Positions 23,916 to 24,000 of a stretch of 24,000 nt of DNA are shown here, one piece after another. Source of the DNA: Bdellovibrionales bacterium (GTDB lineage: Bacteria > Bdellovibrionota > Bdellovibrionia > Bdellovibrionales > JAMPXM01). The notes beneath the pieces were generated by a model. It made no database searches. It was not told where the DNA came from and saw only the letters and a list, made by a program, of their open reading frames with translations. A program made the position numbers and the translations under genes. How positions within the stretch are numbered: position 1 is the stretch's first letter; every line of letters starts with the position of its first letter. The stretch is from contig JAVFAU010000002.1 of NCBI GenBank assembly GCA_034002335.1, positions 77-24,076 on the forward strand. Direction: 5' to 3'.

Positions 23916-24000
23916 ATCTTCGGCGCTCGACGAGCGCTCACGTGCGGATTTACTAGAGACGGCACGGTCTTTTTTTCGCGAGAATCTCTACAATCGCGCA
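23905..24000 (+). CDS. 5' fragment of an unidentified ORF running off the right edge
   Basis: ATG 23905 overlaps the bamD 3' end by 11 nt. The frame is open for all 32 codons to nt 24000 (MFDKSSALDERSRADLLETARSFFRENLYNRA). It is too short to assign, and the SD is weak. Confidence 0.3.
   Translation, partial: MFDKSSALDERSRADLLETARSFFRENLYNRA

Overview
This is a roughly 55-58% G+C chromosomal segment from a diderm bacterium, judging by BamD, RseP, MltG and lipobox lipoproteins. I cannot assign a taxon by eye. Gene content looks loosely deltaproteobacterial or Bdellovibrionota-like, at low confidence. I found no rRNA, tRNA, CRISPR array, transposase, integrase or recognisable defence genes.

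The window has four transcription blocks:
- Block 1 (+, 1-10307) is a tightly packed housekeeping array: tsf', pyrH, frr, uppS, cdsA, an orphan ORF, rseP, tsaB, a ParA/MinD-like ATPase, a J-like/RodZ-type HTH protein, rluD and pgeF.
- Block 2 is a divergent pair, a nitroreductase (-) and a small FG-GAP-like membrane protein (+).
- Block 3 (-, 20399-11878) runs class-III aminotransferase, M20 peptidase, astA, astD, mltG and a DUF885 lipoprotein.
- Block 4 (+, 20548-24000) runs a TPR/SH3 membrane protein, a stand-alone cNMP-binding protein, an AI-2E permease, bamD and a partial ORF.

Most of the window is ordinary core genome. Five things merit a second look:
- A translationally linked ParA/MinD-like ATPase plus a protein that fuses an HPD-less J-like domain to a RodZ-type HTH.
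- A lower-GC, cysteine-free orphan ORF between cdsA and rseP, bracketed by a 7-bp direct repeat.
- A truncated arginine/ornithine succinyltransferase cluster with an M20 peptidase and no astB or astE.
- A stop/start-overlapped TPR-SH3 / cNMP-binding / AI-2E trio.
- An 8-bp tandem repeat copied from the mltG stop region.

All functional calls rest on motif recognition by eye, and no database searches were run. Start codons are my best choice among in-frame candidates.
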